This document shows positions 37,741 through 51,993 of a DNA stretch of 64,000 nt, piece by piece (position 1 is the stretch's first letter; each line of letters opens with the position of its first letter). Below the pieces are notes generated by a model that was given only the letters and a program-made list of their open reading frames with translations, was not told where the DNA came from and did no database searches. Source of the DNA: Octopus sinensis (lineage: Eukaryota); NCBI RefSeq assembly GCF_006345805.1, contig NC_043010.1:5828001-5892000 (forward strand), given 5' to 3'. Position numbers and translations under genes: made by a program.

Positions 37741-40277
37741 TGCATACATACATACATACACACACACACATCCATCCATACATCCATACACACACACACA
37801 CACCCATACATACACACACACCCATACATACACACACACCCATACATACACACACACATACATACACACACACATACATACATACATACATACATACACA
37901 CACACATACACACATGTTCCTTTTTAGCCCCAAGTCAGCTCTGATTATTCATATTTATCATCAAAGGCTTTCCAGCTGTGACCAACGTATTTTTAGGTTA
38001 AATCTCAGACAAATTTTTCCAATATTTCTTTGACTAACTTATGATAGTTTGCTGTGATTTAAGAGAGTTGTCATTAGTACTTCTAACAGTGCAAGCAACA
38101 GTGTAGAAGCACTCTTGTTCATCTGACATTTAGACATTTAAACATTATATTTGATTTAGACATTAGACTTAAAACAGGAAGAAAACGTTACTGCCTGATA
38201 CAGATTTTACAGCAGTGAGACAGAAAAATAATCACTCATTTGATTAAATTATCTATCTTATGAAAATGGTAAAAGAAAAATCTGTTGCTGGCATGGCTGG
38301 GTGGTAAGAAGCTGGCATTCCAGTTCTGGGTTCAGTTCCACTGCATGGCACCTTTAGTAAGTGTGGTTAGTGTTTTCAATATTACCCAGAAATGAAATTT
38401 AAAAGAATAGTGCATACTATTAATTTGTGTGTGATTCAGCAAATGCTTGATTTGCTTGCTTGTTTGCCTTCTTTTTATTATTTTCTTTTTGCACCTTTTA
38501 GTCAAAGAAATAAGCAGTGCCCATGATCCTTCACAGGGCCTCTAAGATTGGTGGGAAGAAGGGAGGAAGATGTTTTCTCACCTAAGTCCCAACACAAAAT
38601 GCTTGCAACAGAGCAGACTACACTAAAGGCAACAAAGGTTCCAGATATCAGTATTAAAATGGATAACGAATTAAGTCTATTATACAAGTAATCGATAATG
38701 GGATTTGAACTCAGACCACAAGGGGAAAGAACAAATACCACAAGGCATCTGGTCCCATGATTTTACATTTCCACTGATCTACCTCGTGGATTGATATTTT
38801 TTTTTTTTTTACTGATCTCTTAAGAATGAAAGGCAATGTTGACAAGGTCAAGATTTGAACTTAAAATGCAATGTTGAGCTATAATAAAGATTGATAAGAA
38901 GGTCTGTTGTGAAATTCCTCAGTGTTTGTCATTCTGTCTTTTAGGTGACCTTCATCATGAAAATCAGCTAAGCTTTTAATAAAAGGAATATTAAATGAAT
39001 ATTATCTTTATAAATGAGAACTGTGTGTTCAGATGAAAGCCATTCAGTAATTGTTGAAAACAACAACCATACAGACACAAACTTCAATGAAATGCTGCTA
39101 CTCGAGCAAGTCCTATTAAAGCATATTTAATAATTATCATGTTTAAATAATTATCATTAGAAGTAACTGTTTATAAAGTGTTTGTAAAGGCTTCTTTTGA
39201 TTTATATATTTTTATTATTAATTTTGATATCTTCCAGAGAGGAAATATACATGTTATGGATATTGTTATAACATTTACAGATACACGAGGAAATGTTGGG
39301 AAGAAGGATTGAATGAAATAACGATGTAATCAAAATTACATATTTGACTCTTTGATCTTTAAATAAAAAGTAAATCTGGAATAATTTATTTAAGGTTCCA
39401 ATTTTGCCGGGAAGTTTTGCTAGCTTTATTCAAATTTGGAATCAATATTCAATTATACAATATCAGATTGCCTCACACATATATTTCACAAATTTTGGTA
39501 ATAATCTTGAGATTAGCTTGACATGTTAGCATGTTACACAAAATATCTTATAATATTTAGTTTTTGGTTTTGAGTTCAAATTCAGCCAAGGTTAACTTTA
39601 TATTTCATCTTTTGGAGTTAATAAAATTCTATCAAGTAAAAAGTTAATGTATTTGACAGTCCAAAGGTGGCATACTGGTAGAATCATTAGCATGCTGAGC
39701 AAAATGCCTAAAGGAATTTCGTCTGTTTTTTACGTTCCAAGTTCAAATTCTGTCAGGGTCAACTTTGCCTGTCATCCTTTTGGGGGTAGATAAAATAAGT
39801 ACCAGTCAAGCACTGGGGTCAATGTAATCAACATACCTTCTCCCCTAAAATTGCTGGCCCTGTGCCAAAATTTGAAACCAATATATTTGACTGTTCTTTG
39901 TTATACTCCAGTCTAATGAGTAGTTTTCTGAGTTTGTAAGAAATCAATAATTTTCAACTTTAATTTTTGTAGTTTTAAAGAAACCAGTGAGAATTCTGAT
40001 CAATAATCTCAGATACTTATCAACACCTTCACCCAACACATGCTAGCATGGGAAAATGAAAATAAAAACAATGCTAATTCTTACCCTACAATCAGCTGGC
40101 ATTGAATTCTCTTTATCTCAGTGATAGTAGTATCAAGTAGTTTAATTAGATATGTTAATTATGTTGGAGGTAGTGGCACCTGGTAAGTAGTGATCTAATT
40201 AGTTCATTTATTTTGGAGGTAGCAATATCAAGTATGCAGTGGTCCAGTAATGGTATGATAAATCTGAAAGATGGAAT

Positions 40278-40462
40278 ACTCTTTACTCTTTTATTTGTTT
40301 CAGTCATTTTGACTGAGGCCATGCTGGAGCACCGCCTTTAGTCAAACAAATCGACCCCAGGACTTATTCTTTGTAAACCTAGTACTTATTCTATCGGTCT
40401 CTTTTGCCGAACCGCTAAGATACAGGAATGTAAACACGCCAGCATTGGGGGAACAAACACAA

Positions 40463-40494
<32 letters not shown>

Positions 40495-40535
40495 CACACA
40501 CATATATATATATATACATATATTGCTTCGGCAAT

Positions 40536-40571
<36 letters not shown>

Positions 40572-40850
40572 TCAGAGCCCCTGCGCAAGGATGACATGCA
40601 AATTCATGAAGTGTTCCATATTTTCTTTAAGGGCAGTGCATCAGCATGGCCGCAGCTCTGAGCTGAAACTAAAAAAAAGAATATATATACAACGGGCTTC
40701 TTTCAGTTTCCGTCTTCCAAATCCACTCACAAGGCTTTGGTCAGCCCGAGGCTATAGTAGAAGACACTTGCCCAAGGTGCTATGCAGTGGGACTGAACCT
40801 GAAACCATGTGGTTGGTAAGCAAGCTACTTGCCACACAGCTACTCCTACG
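40278..40850 (-). mobile_element. Family A SINE interrupted in its central microsatellite by the U6 chimera
   Basis: 3' half at 40278-40515 and 5' half at 40681-40850. Confidence 0.85.
40520..40624 (+). pseudogene. U6: Near-full-length U6 snRNA retropseudogene
   Basis: TTGCTTCGGCAATACATATACTAAAATTGGAACGATACAGAGAAGATT...CCCCTGCGCAAGGATGACATGCAAATTCATGAAGTGTTCCATATTTT. The ACAGAGA box is intact. There are three CpG-type transitions, the AGC triad is altered (TTATCAGAG for TTAGCATGG), and the upstream DNA is SINE and microsatellite rather than a U6 promoter. Confidence 0.93.
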
Positions 40851-42691
40851 GTTGTAGCTGAAATCTCTCAAGTCAGCTAAATCAGAACCCACCTTGGGCT
40901 ATACAACTACAGCAATTACTTTTATTTTTTTGTCATCAGCTCTCATGTTTTACCTTCAAGTCATTTTCTACACATTTTTAATTAATTGTTTTTATTATTT
41001 TCTTTTTCTTTTGCAAGGTACTTGGTGACCCTGTGAGTGCAGGTGCCACTTAAAAAGCATCTTGTCCACACTGTAAATTGGTTGGCGCTTGGAAGTGCCA
41101 AAATTAACCTCACCTGTGCTTGTGCCACGTAAAAAGCCCTAAGTCCTCTCTCCTGAGTGGTTGGTGTTAGTAAGGGCATCCAGCTGTAAAAATCCTGCCA
41201 AAACAGTCACAGAAGTCTCATGCAGGCATCTGCCTAGCTGGCTCCTGTCAAACCATGGAAGACAGACATTAAATGATGATGATTATGATGATGATGCTCT
41301 CTGGAATCTCTTCCTAATCAATGTTTTCCTTTCAAAAGCCAACATAGAAAAATTAATTAAACTAAACAACAGGTGCAGGTACGGCCGTGGGATAAGCAGT
41401 TCTATTCCCAATCACACAGTTCCTGGTTCAAGGATACCTTGGGCAAGTGCCTTTTGCTATAACCTCGGGTCAACTAAAGCCTTGTGAGTGAATTTGGTAA
41501 TGGAAACTGAAAGAAGCTTATCATTATATAAACACACACACATATATATATAGTTATACATTTGTGTGTGTGCATGTCCCACCACTCAGTGACAGCTGGT
41601 TTTGGTGTGTTTATGTCCCCAAGACTTAGCAGTTTGGCAAAAGGTGACTGGTAGAATAAGTACCAGGCTTTAAAAATATTAAATAATCAGTGGGGCAAAT
41701 TCATTCAAGGCATTGCCCCAGCGTGGCCACAATCTAATGACTGAAACAAGTAGAATAGATAAAAGAGAATAACCATCCATTCAGCCATGCATCTATCCAT
41801 CCGTCCATTTTCTCTGCCCTCTCTTCCTGGAAAGGGTCAATGCAGGTAAAGCCCTCAAGAACCACCTCCATAGTATCAGAAGCAACTGTCATTACACTTT
41901 CTGGTTGGATAGTTAAATAGTATCTACAGGCTCAGTTGGTCATGCTTGGGTATCTCACTGGAAAATGTGATGATGGTTGCTACATAAAAAAAATGTAACC
42001 ATATTAACTTCAAATTAGTTGTCCCTATTTTCAAGTTTATGGGGGTTAACTCAGAACTGGTGTGAACACTATCATTCATATTTACAGTGCTAGTGCATGC
42101 ATATACAATTGCGTGCATGCACACATACACACGAGTACTGTTCAAATCTCCGACCAATCACATACAGCTAGCTGGCATTCAATTAATTGGTGTATCAAGT
42201 TTCGGGCATTTTGATTGTGTTTTGGATTGAAAATTCACAAAAAAGTAACTTCTATTGATTTGTTAATGGCTTAGCGGGGTGACTGAAGAAATGTTTGAAT
42301 GACCATAGAAAGTGCAAGCCCTCTAACTGAAAAATTGGGGATTTGTATAAAGGACACACACACAGACAGACATTTTGCCGTTTATATATATATAGAGAAA
42401 TTATATTTCTTTTTTTTTTTTCCTTATAGGTGTCCTTTCAATTCTTATTTTAGAAACTGATCTAAAACTGGATTGAAGTGAACAATTATGAGAGTGTCTG
42501 TTACACAATATTTACTATTTGTAGGGAAGCAAATGGTGGCATTTAAATATATGCAAATTCTATTACAAATTTACTAGCAACAAAACAGTTCACAGCAATT
42601 ATCTAAAATGTGAAATTGTGACCCTTCTGGATATAGAAATACAACAAAGCTCACATTTTACAAAGTGCATATTTGTATGAGTGTATAAACA

Positions 42692-42731
<40 letters not shown>

Positions 42732-42847
42732 GATGTGTGTAGCTGTGCATGTGTAATTTAGCTATCTATCTATCTATTTATCTGTCTCTCTATCTCTCTC
42801 TATATATGTATATGATTGTGTGTATGTGTGTATACACACATACGCAT

Positions 42848-42883
<36 letters not shown>

Positions 42884-42966
42884 GTATACACCTATGTATG
42901 TATGTTTATATGTATATATATAGATATACATACACACATATATTAACATATATGTATATATATGTA

Positions 42967-43003
<37 letters not shown>

Positions 43004-44740
43004 TGATATATATATATATACATACAAGTAGAAAATGTGTGTATATGTATATATGCATATATATATATATATATATTGAGATTCAGATGACTCAGACATT
43101 CATACTTAGATATTATTTCTATATGTTATGTGGATATTGGTTACTAATAATCATGTGTACATGTGTGTGTATGTGAGAGAGCTTGTGTGTGTAGCAAAAT
43201 AAGATGCTGTAAGCCGAACCAGAGCCATGGGGTGGCCAGCTCACAGAAAGGTTTGCTAACAAATTTGCAGTCAACATGCTTACTGTTTTATATTACAAGA
43301 AAAGAGAGATGATGACATTATGTCTAACAACTTTAACAAAATCAGTTGGGTTGAATACTGAGACTTTCTCACAGTTTGAGCTTACTTAATGTTGGTAGAA
43401 ATAAAAATAAAAATAAAGAGGACTCTCTTAAACAACCGTTGCCCCTACCATCTCTGCCACAAAAACTACCACCACCACTGCTGCTGGCCTCATTGTAAAG
43501 CTTGATAAACAGATTCATTAGTTACTTTTACAAATGTCTCAGCTGGAAGATGTTTGATATAGTTTAAAACCCTCAAAAAAGCTTTTCATTTAGGAATTCT
43601 TGCTCAGATTATCCAAATGCCAACATTATGTTTGTAAGGCTAATAAAACCCCAAAATCACTTATCCTCGGAGGAGCACTGTTGCCATTGAGCCTTTACAC
43701 TCACACTCCATCTTGTCTACCAAGTCCACTCACAAGGCTTTGGTCGGCCTGAGGCTATAGCAGAAGACACTTGCCCAAGGTGCCATGCAGTGGGACTGAA
43801 CCCAGAGCAATGTGGTTGGTAAGCAAGCTACTTACCATACAGCCACTCCTGTGCCTGTATGTATATGTTTGTGCTTCTTCTTGTCTCGGTATCATGTGGT
43901 CATTGTAAATGAATGTCATTCATATGTAATACTCTGTAAAAACATCTCAGGAGGAGGCAGCAGTGGTGGTGGTCAGAGGATAGCAATCTTCAGGGAATTG
44001 CAGATAGTTTACCAATGTCTCTTTGGAATTCCCTCTCTACTCATGTCTTTCTTGAAGCTGATGACTAAGATTCAAGAGGAGCATTACAAGCATTGCCATC
44101 AACAATCTGGAAGGGTCCGTAAAGACTATGGGCACTTCTTTCTCCAGACCCAGCAAATAACAAAGCAAAGAAGGAAGGAAGGGTGGAAAAGAGAGAAGGA
44201 AGGAAGGGAAAAGGGGAAGGAAAAAAGGAAAGGAAAAAGAAAGAAAGAAGGAAAGAAAAGGAGGGAAGGAAGGAATGAAGAAAAAGGAATGAAAGGAGAG
44301 AAGAAAGGAAGGAAAGAAAAAAGAAAGAAGAGAAAGAAGGAAACAAACAAACAAGGAAAGATCCACCAAACGATATGAAATCTAAAACTTTACAAAGGTT
44401 GAAAAAGGGAACCGTAAATGGTATGCAGGGTGTGAGTCAAAAAGATCTCCCTGCGGCCTAAATTATTCATACGATATTTCCTATAAAGTCATCTTCTGCA
44501 CTAAACATTCTGAAAAGGAGGGAAATTTATCCCATCCAAACTATCCTGTTGAAGTCAGTGTATATTTCAAAACTAATGCAAAACATAATACTGACCTCAA
44601 TCCACCAGCTTTTTCAGCGAATTCTGCTCACAGTACATATTGAATATCACATATTTTTCACTACAATCAGTCAAGCTTTGTTCATGGCTATCCCCCAAAG
44701 TATTGCCAAAATAATAAAATCTGAATCTCTTCAAAACATT

Positions 44741-44810
44741 AACAAAGGGCGGTGCCCCAGCATGGCCTCAGCCGGATGGCTGAAACAAGTAAAAGAGTAG
44801 AAGAGTAAAT
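44741..44810 (+). mobile_element. 70-bp 5'-truncated retroposon tail with perfect 13-bp TSD
   Basis: TCTTCAAAACATT at 44728-44740 and 44811-44823 flanks GGCGGTGCCCCAGCATGGCCTCAGCCGGATGGCTGAAACAAGTAAAAGAG. Confidence 0.88.
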
Positions 44811-45018
44811 TCTTCAAAACATTCCGAACAAATCATTGACACAAGGATGCTTTCGATAACTAAGAACCCCTTGCTTCACTGGACAATAGAGTTGGCATCA
44901 AATGGTTGTTCTAAGTTAAACTTGACTTGGGACCATTGTTAACTGAAGTGCTTCTAACTTATTCTTATGAATAGATACACGCACACACACAAATATATAT
45001 TCTTCTCTTTTTTTTTTT

Positions 45019-45455
45019 TACTCTTTTACTTGTTTCAGTCATTTGACTGTGGCCATGCTGGAGCACCGCCTTTAGTCGAGCAAATCGACCCCAGGACTTA
45101 TTCTTTGTAAGCCTAGTACTTACTTTATTGTCTCTTTTGCTGAACCACTAAGTTACAAGGACATAAACACACCAGCATTGGTTGTCAAGCGATGTTGGGT
45201 GGACAAACACAGACACACAAACATACACACACACACATATACAGACACACAAACATATACACACACACACACATATATATATATATACATATATATGATG
45301 AGCTTCTTTCGGTTTCTGTCTATCAAATCCACTCACAAGGCTTTGGTCAGCGTGAGGCTATAGTAGAAGACACTTGTCCAAGGTGCCACACAGTGGGACT
45401 GAACCTGGAACCATGTGGTTGGTAAGCAAGCTACTTACCATACAGCTACTCCTGT
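45019..45455 (-). mobile_element. Family A SINE
   Basis: Full-length match to the other family A copies. Confidence 0.88.
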
Positions 45456-45547
45456 GTATATATAATATATAATATATGTATATATAATAATTCAAAAGTA
45501 ATGTAAAAATACATAACTAATGAATCAATGGCAGTAAGGTGAAGGTA

Positions 45548-45752
45548 CACCGGGCGAAATGCTGAGCGGTATTTCGTCTGCCGCTACATTCTGAGTTCAA
45601 ATTCCGTCGAGGTCGACTTTGCCTTTCATCCTTTCGGGGTCGATTAAATAAGTACCAGTTACGCACTGGGGTCGATATAATCCACTTAATCCGTTTGTCT
45701 GTTCTTGTTTGTCCTCTCTGTGTTTAGCCCCTTGTGGGTAATAAAGAAACAG
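45548..45752 (+). mobile_element. Family B SINE, monomeric and 5'-truncated
   Basis: Matches the undeleted unit of the 26.6-26.8 kb array. Confidence 0.85.
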
Positions 45753-47230
45753 GTTAAGATGGTCATAAGTTCTAATGTTATTAACTTCCATTGTATAATA
45801 TCTCCGTGTAAGGCATATAACCCTGGTTGTTCCAGTTCAGCTGACTTGGCTGTAATTTTATTTTACACTTTGATGGTCAACAGTAGAAAGATCATCCAGG
45901 CATTAAAACAATTGCTCCATCTGAAACCATTCCATCCATGAAATCATAGTAAAATGGCTGGAAAACAGTAAAATAATTTTTTTTTTTAAATTGTAGTTTT
46001 TTCAAAAATCTTTTGTTCAATATTTCTAAATATATTTCCAAGACAAAAAATACAAATATGGGTACTGGTTTGATAATAATTTCTCAGAAATATTTTTAGC
46101 ACAAGTAATTAGTTAAATCAATATTTAAACATTATGAAAAGACTTGAGTTCACAGAAATGGTAGAATTCGTTTATTTAGCTTGTCTATATTTTGGGTCAA
46201 AATTTTACCAAATTTCACTTTGTTTTCTAAAATATCTACCAGTAATATACAATATATAATATACAATTCAATAACCTATTCACTCCCTCCACAAAAATGT
46301 GCTTAGAATTTAATAGCTGTCACTTGAACCACATGGTTTCAGGTTCAGCCCCACTTCTGGGTACACTGGCCAAATGTCATCTACTATGGCCCCGGATTGA
46401 TCAATGCCTTGCTAGTGAAGTTGGTAGGTGGAAACTGTGTGGAAATTTGTGTGTGCGTGCGTGTGTGCACATGTGTTGGTGTGTGTCTGTGTGTGGGCAT
46501 GTGTGTGCTTTTGCCTGTGTTTGTCTCCCACCACTGCTTGACAACTAATGCTTGTTGGTTTGTTTACATCTCCATAACTTGGCAATTTGGCAAAAGAGAC
46601 CAACAGAATAAGTACCAGACTTTAAAATATGTACTGGGGTTGATTTGTTCAACTAAAACCCATCAAGGCAGTGCCCCAGCATGGCCACAGTCCAGTGACT
46701 GAAAAGATAAAGGATGGAATATTCTATTTTCACCTTTAATATTATATTCATCATCATCATTTAACATCCATTTTCCATGCTGGCATGGGCTGGACAGTTT
46801 GACTAGAGAATATTTGACTGCAATTTCTAACCCTTTGAATGACCACATGGAGCTCTCTTGGCTTATAGCCTTTGTTATTTAACCCTAAGTCAACTCTGAC
46901 CAAGCAGACCTATCATCAGTAGCAGTCCAGCTATGATCAACTCATCAGTCTGTATATCTAGAACACTACCCAATGTGTAGATTTGGTTTGTCTGTTGGCA
47001 GCTATTTCCAGCAGTTTCCATTCTTTGATAAGATTAAATTAATAGTGATCATCGTGAAGCAAGGAGAAAGCTTCTATTCAACCATGTTCATAAACTGCTT
47101 GATTATTAGACATTTTATTAGCTTCAATTCAAAAGTTTTAAAGTATTTTTTTTTCAAACACCAGAAGCTAAGAACACTTACTATGCCCTGTATATTTAAT
47201 TCCAAATTGAAGCTAATTAATTTTACTTAC

Positions 47231-47291
47231 ACCACAGAAAATGCCTCCAAGAAAGATATTTATCCGCCCTTTTCAATCTGTAGTTTAGTAC
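47231..47291 (-). CDS. Candidate internal exon of an unidentified gene (VLNYRLKRADKYLSWRHFLW)
   Basis: Acceptor TTTTATTGATTTCTTTGCTCAG and donor GTAAGT around 61 nt, with only one open frame, in non-repetitive DNA. No homology recognised. Confidence 0.3.
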
Positions 47292-47834
47292 CTGAGCAAA
47301 GAAATCAATAAAATACAGGTTTTTTGTTGGGTGCTGTGTATAAGACAAGTTTGGGAGAGTTGGCTGCCTAAGAAGCACAATAAATGTATTAGAATATGTA
47401 TTTAAAAAGTATTTAGATTGCCAAAAAGTTTACATGACAAAAATCTGTTCTTTAAGGAAGTAATATCGATAAAGGCAGCAAGAGTTTAGTTAAGGATATA
47501 AAAGACAATTGAACAGTGTAAAAATGATAATAATAAAAAAAAAAGAAGAAGAAGCAGCATAAAGCAAAAAGATGTTAATTTGTGTGAGAAAGCTTTTAAA
47601 AGAATTGGGAAATAATAGAATGTAGATTGTATGTACATCAGGAGCATAATTGATGAAATCAATTCAACTAGAAGAGAGCACTTAGTTGATGTAGGATGAT
47701 ATCAGTTTGAAGAACAAGCACACATGCACACACACACGCACACACACACGTGCACACACACACACACACATGTATATTCTTATGCATATATACATGCATG
47801 TGTGTGCCTGTGTTTGTATACCTGTTTGTATGTA

Positions 47835-47884
<50 letters not shown>

Positions 47885-47979
47885 CATACATAGAGAGGGA
47901 GAGAGAGAGAGATACTCACACACACATAAATTATATGTGTATGTGTATGTATCTATGTTTATATATGTGTGTGTGTGTG

Positions 47980-48020
<41 letters not shown>

Positions 48021-49499
48021 TGTATGTGGGTGAATGTATGAGTGTATATATAAACATACATACATACATGCATATATATATATATTTATATATATACACA
48101 CTCTCACACATGTGCAAACACACATGTACATATCCATACACACACACACACACACATATATATGAATATATATGTATATCTACATGCATACATATCACAC
48201 ACACACACACACATAAGCACACACACACACACACACACATAAGCACACACACAAATATATATATATATATACATATATTCCTAAACATAGATAGATAGTT
48301 ATAGCTATAGACATATACGATAATAATAAAATATATATAGCATGAAGCAAGCTAATTACAATGTATATATCATTGTAAATTTCTTAAAGTAGACATCAAG
48401 CTGTTATGTATTTTCATTGCAGTAATAGGTTGTAATAATTATATCAGAGCCTGTGCGCTTGTCAATGAGTGATCTGGGAAAACATATGAGGATGTATTAC
48501 AGTAAAAACAGCAGCAACAGAGTTATCAACAAACCTGGAAGAAGACTAGCATTTATATCATTAAGTCAAAATTGCTCTCCAGTTTTCTATATGGGTAATT
48601 TTTGGAATTTCGTTTGGCTTTTTTTTATTCATTTATTTTGGGGTTTTTTTTTTTTTTTTGGTTTTTTTTAATCTTTTTATTCAACTCTTAAGTTTTTGCT
48701 CATCGGTAAATAAATATCCATGGAAACACCATTACTGAGTGATCTTCGTGATTGGATTGCTTTTGCTTTTGTTTTTGTTTTTTGGGGTGTTTTTTTTTTT
48801 GATGGTGAAGTTATTGTTTTTAATTCTTATTTTTCTATTTCTTTTTTTTTTTGCTTTACTGTTTTGGTGGAGGAGGGGGGAATATATTTTTCATTTGATT
48901 GATTCTTCCATCCACCATCCACCTCCACCATCCACCACCCACCACACTTCAGCCAAGTAAAAATTCTGTCAGATTGAAAATATTTTACTGCCTTCACTTA
49001 CACATATTTACAGATACACACACCCACATGTACACACACACACACACACACCCACATATATACACACACACACAGATTGCCAGAAACATGCTCAAAACAT
49101 TTATGTACTCCCTCTTGTCCTTTCCCTCTCTCTCTCTTTCTGTTTCCCTTTTACACGTATGTACTCTGTTTTTCTTTTAAACACACAAAAGGACGAGGAC
49201 AATAACACTACAAATGCTTTCTCACATTTTCCTTCCTCTCTCTCTCTCCCCCCCCTTTCTTATTCATACTCTCTCCCTCTCTCTCTATCTCTTTCTCTCT
49301 CACTCCCCTCACACACGCACTCACAAACACATAAGTGTTCATAGATAACTAATTAAAAAACAGTGGAGAGCAATCAAAGTGAGTAAATAGAGTAGACAAA
49401 GCTTAAATGTAATTTAAAAGGGTGAGGGGTGGGAGTGAAGTATTAGACACACTATAAGACTAACAGACAGACAGATAGGCAGGCAGACAGATAGACATA

Positions 49500-50100
<601 letters not shown>

Positions 50101-50341
50101 TCACATATATGTATACTTACGTCCCTACTTATATCCATAATGTTTGTAGAATGCAGACACATGTATAGTGAACGCCCTAACGTATGTAAAACTATAGGGA
50201 ATGACGCAAAAAACAAATTAACAATCTTATGATAATTGACAGAAGTGTCAAATTAGATCTCCGGAAACCCAGCCATGGAATAAAAAAAAACATTTTCCTG
50301 ACCTACACCCAGATCATAGAATATTATTTAGGGAATATCAA

Positions 50342-50770
50342 TAGGCACTGGAGTGGCTGTGTGGTAAGTAGCTTGTTTACTAACCACATGGTTCCGGGTT
50401 CAGTCCCACTCCGTGGCACCTTGGGCAAGTGTCTTCTACTATAGGCTCAGCTGACCAAAGCCTTGTGAGTGGGTTTGGTAGACAGAAACTGGAAGAAGCC
50501 CATCAAATATATGTATGTATATATATATGTGTTTGTGTGTCTGTGTTTGTCCCCCTAGCATTGCTTGACAACCGATGCTGGTGTGTTTATGTCCCCGTTA
50601 CTTAGCGGTTCGGCAAAAGAGACCGATAGAATAAGTACTGGGCTTACAAAGAATAAGTACTTGGCTTACAAAAGAATAAGTCCCGGGGTCGAGTTGCTCA
50701 ATTAAGGGCGGTGCCCCAGCATGGCCGCAGTCAAATGACTGAAACAAGTAAAAGAGTAAAGAGTAAGAGA
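50342..50770 (+). mobile_element. Family A SINE
   Basis: Full-length match, with a small internal duplication (AGAATAAGTACT...). Confidence 0.9.
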
Positions 50771-51125
50771 GCATGAAAGTATGAAGGCTATATACAATTT
50801 CAAGACAATGGATTAATTAATTGTATTAGTATATCTGTGTTGCCAGTGCTCCAGTATGGCTTTATGTGACACCAAAAGAGACTAAAGTTCTGAAGAACAT
50901 AACTGTTTAGAACTTTCTAGGTTTGCAGTTCTATTGGAACAGTTGCTTTCCTCTTCATATTGTTTGTGTTGCCTGCAAATTACAAAATTTTAGCTGTTCA
51001 AACTCATAATATTCTCAGACAAGAGGGTATTGAAAATTGGTCTCTGAACCTCACACACACACACACACACACACGGCTATAGTAATACAGAGGGGATCGA
51101 ACAGAGCTTGGTAAATTAACATTAA

Positions 51126-51349
51126 CCCTTTCATTATTAACCTGGCTGAAACCGGCACTGGCTCTGACGAGTACAAATGTCTTGTTTTCATAAGATGTGA
51201 ATTAAAATCTTCCACCAAACCTTAATCACAATTTATGTTCCTAATTGTAGCTAAATGATAACTAAGTTATTTTTTCTAAATTCTTTGTTATATTCAAAGT
51301 AATTGAAAGAAATACAGAACAGCTCAAAATAAATACAGTAATGAAAGGG
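51126..51349. mobile_element. piggyBac-like MITE
   Basis: TTAA|CCCTTTCATTA...TAATGAAAGGG|TTAA. Confidence 0.8.
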
Positions 51350-51515
51350 TTAAACACCCCTGTTTATCTTTGGTTAAACAGATTACTCTGTCAAAAACTA
51401 TTCTAATTCAACTTCTCAATTCAGCAACCTATACAGAGTTAAACAATTGTTCACTATTTCTAGGTATCCTGCAAATCCATGCATGCATCGAAAGTATTAT
51501 TGATGCATTTAATGT

Positions 51516-51900
51516 GGAGGCGCAATGGCCCAGTGGTTAGGGCAGCGGACTCGCAGTCATAGGATCGCGGTTTCGATTCCCAGACCGGGCGTTGTGAGTA
51601 TTTATTGAGCGAAAACACCTAAAAGCTCCACGAGGCTCCAGCAGGGGGTGGTGGTGATCCCTGCTGTACTCTTTCACCACAACTTTCTCTCACTCTTACT
51701 TCCTGTTTCTATTGTACCTGTATTTCAAAGGGCTGGCCTTGTCACTCTCTGTGTCACGCTAAATATCCCCAAGAACTACGTTAAGGGTACACGTGTCTGT
51801 GGAGTGCTCAGCCACTTACACGTTAATTTCACGAGCAGGCTGTTCCGTTGATTCGGATCAACCGGAACCCTCGTCGTCGTAACCGACGGAGTGCTTCCAA
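51516..51900 (+). mobile_element. Family C SINE, tail variant 3
   Basis: tRNA-like head GGAGGCGCAATGGCCCAGTGGTTAGGGCAG...GGTTTCGATTCC; AATGT duplicated at the flanks. Confidence 0.85.
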
Positions 51901-51993
51901 TGTACCATAATATTTAGTAAACAAAAACGAATGGCTAATTCAAAACATCACTACATATGTTTCAATGGCATGCCTTATTCAAAATATAGTTTA

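Noticed and set aside
40520-40624. Functional U6 gene
   Set aside because: Altered AGC triad, CpG decay, no promoter upstream, and it is embedded in a SINE.
43812-44378. 188-aa ORF with a K/E/R-rich tail
   Set aside because: Starts in a SINE and ends in a (GAAG/GAAA)n purine tract. The middle only weakly resembles a LINE C-terminus (LWNSLSTHVF).
51516-51595. Possible tRNA gene (and other SINE heads)
   Set aside because: A and B boxes are present but there is no acceptor-stem pairing, and the sequence continues into a SINE body.
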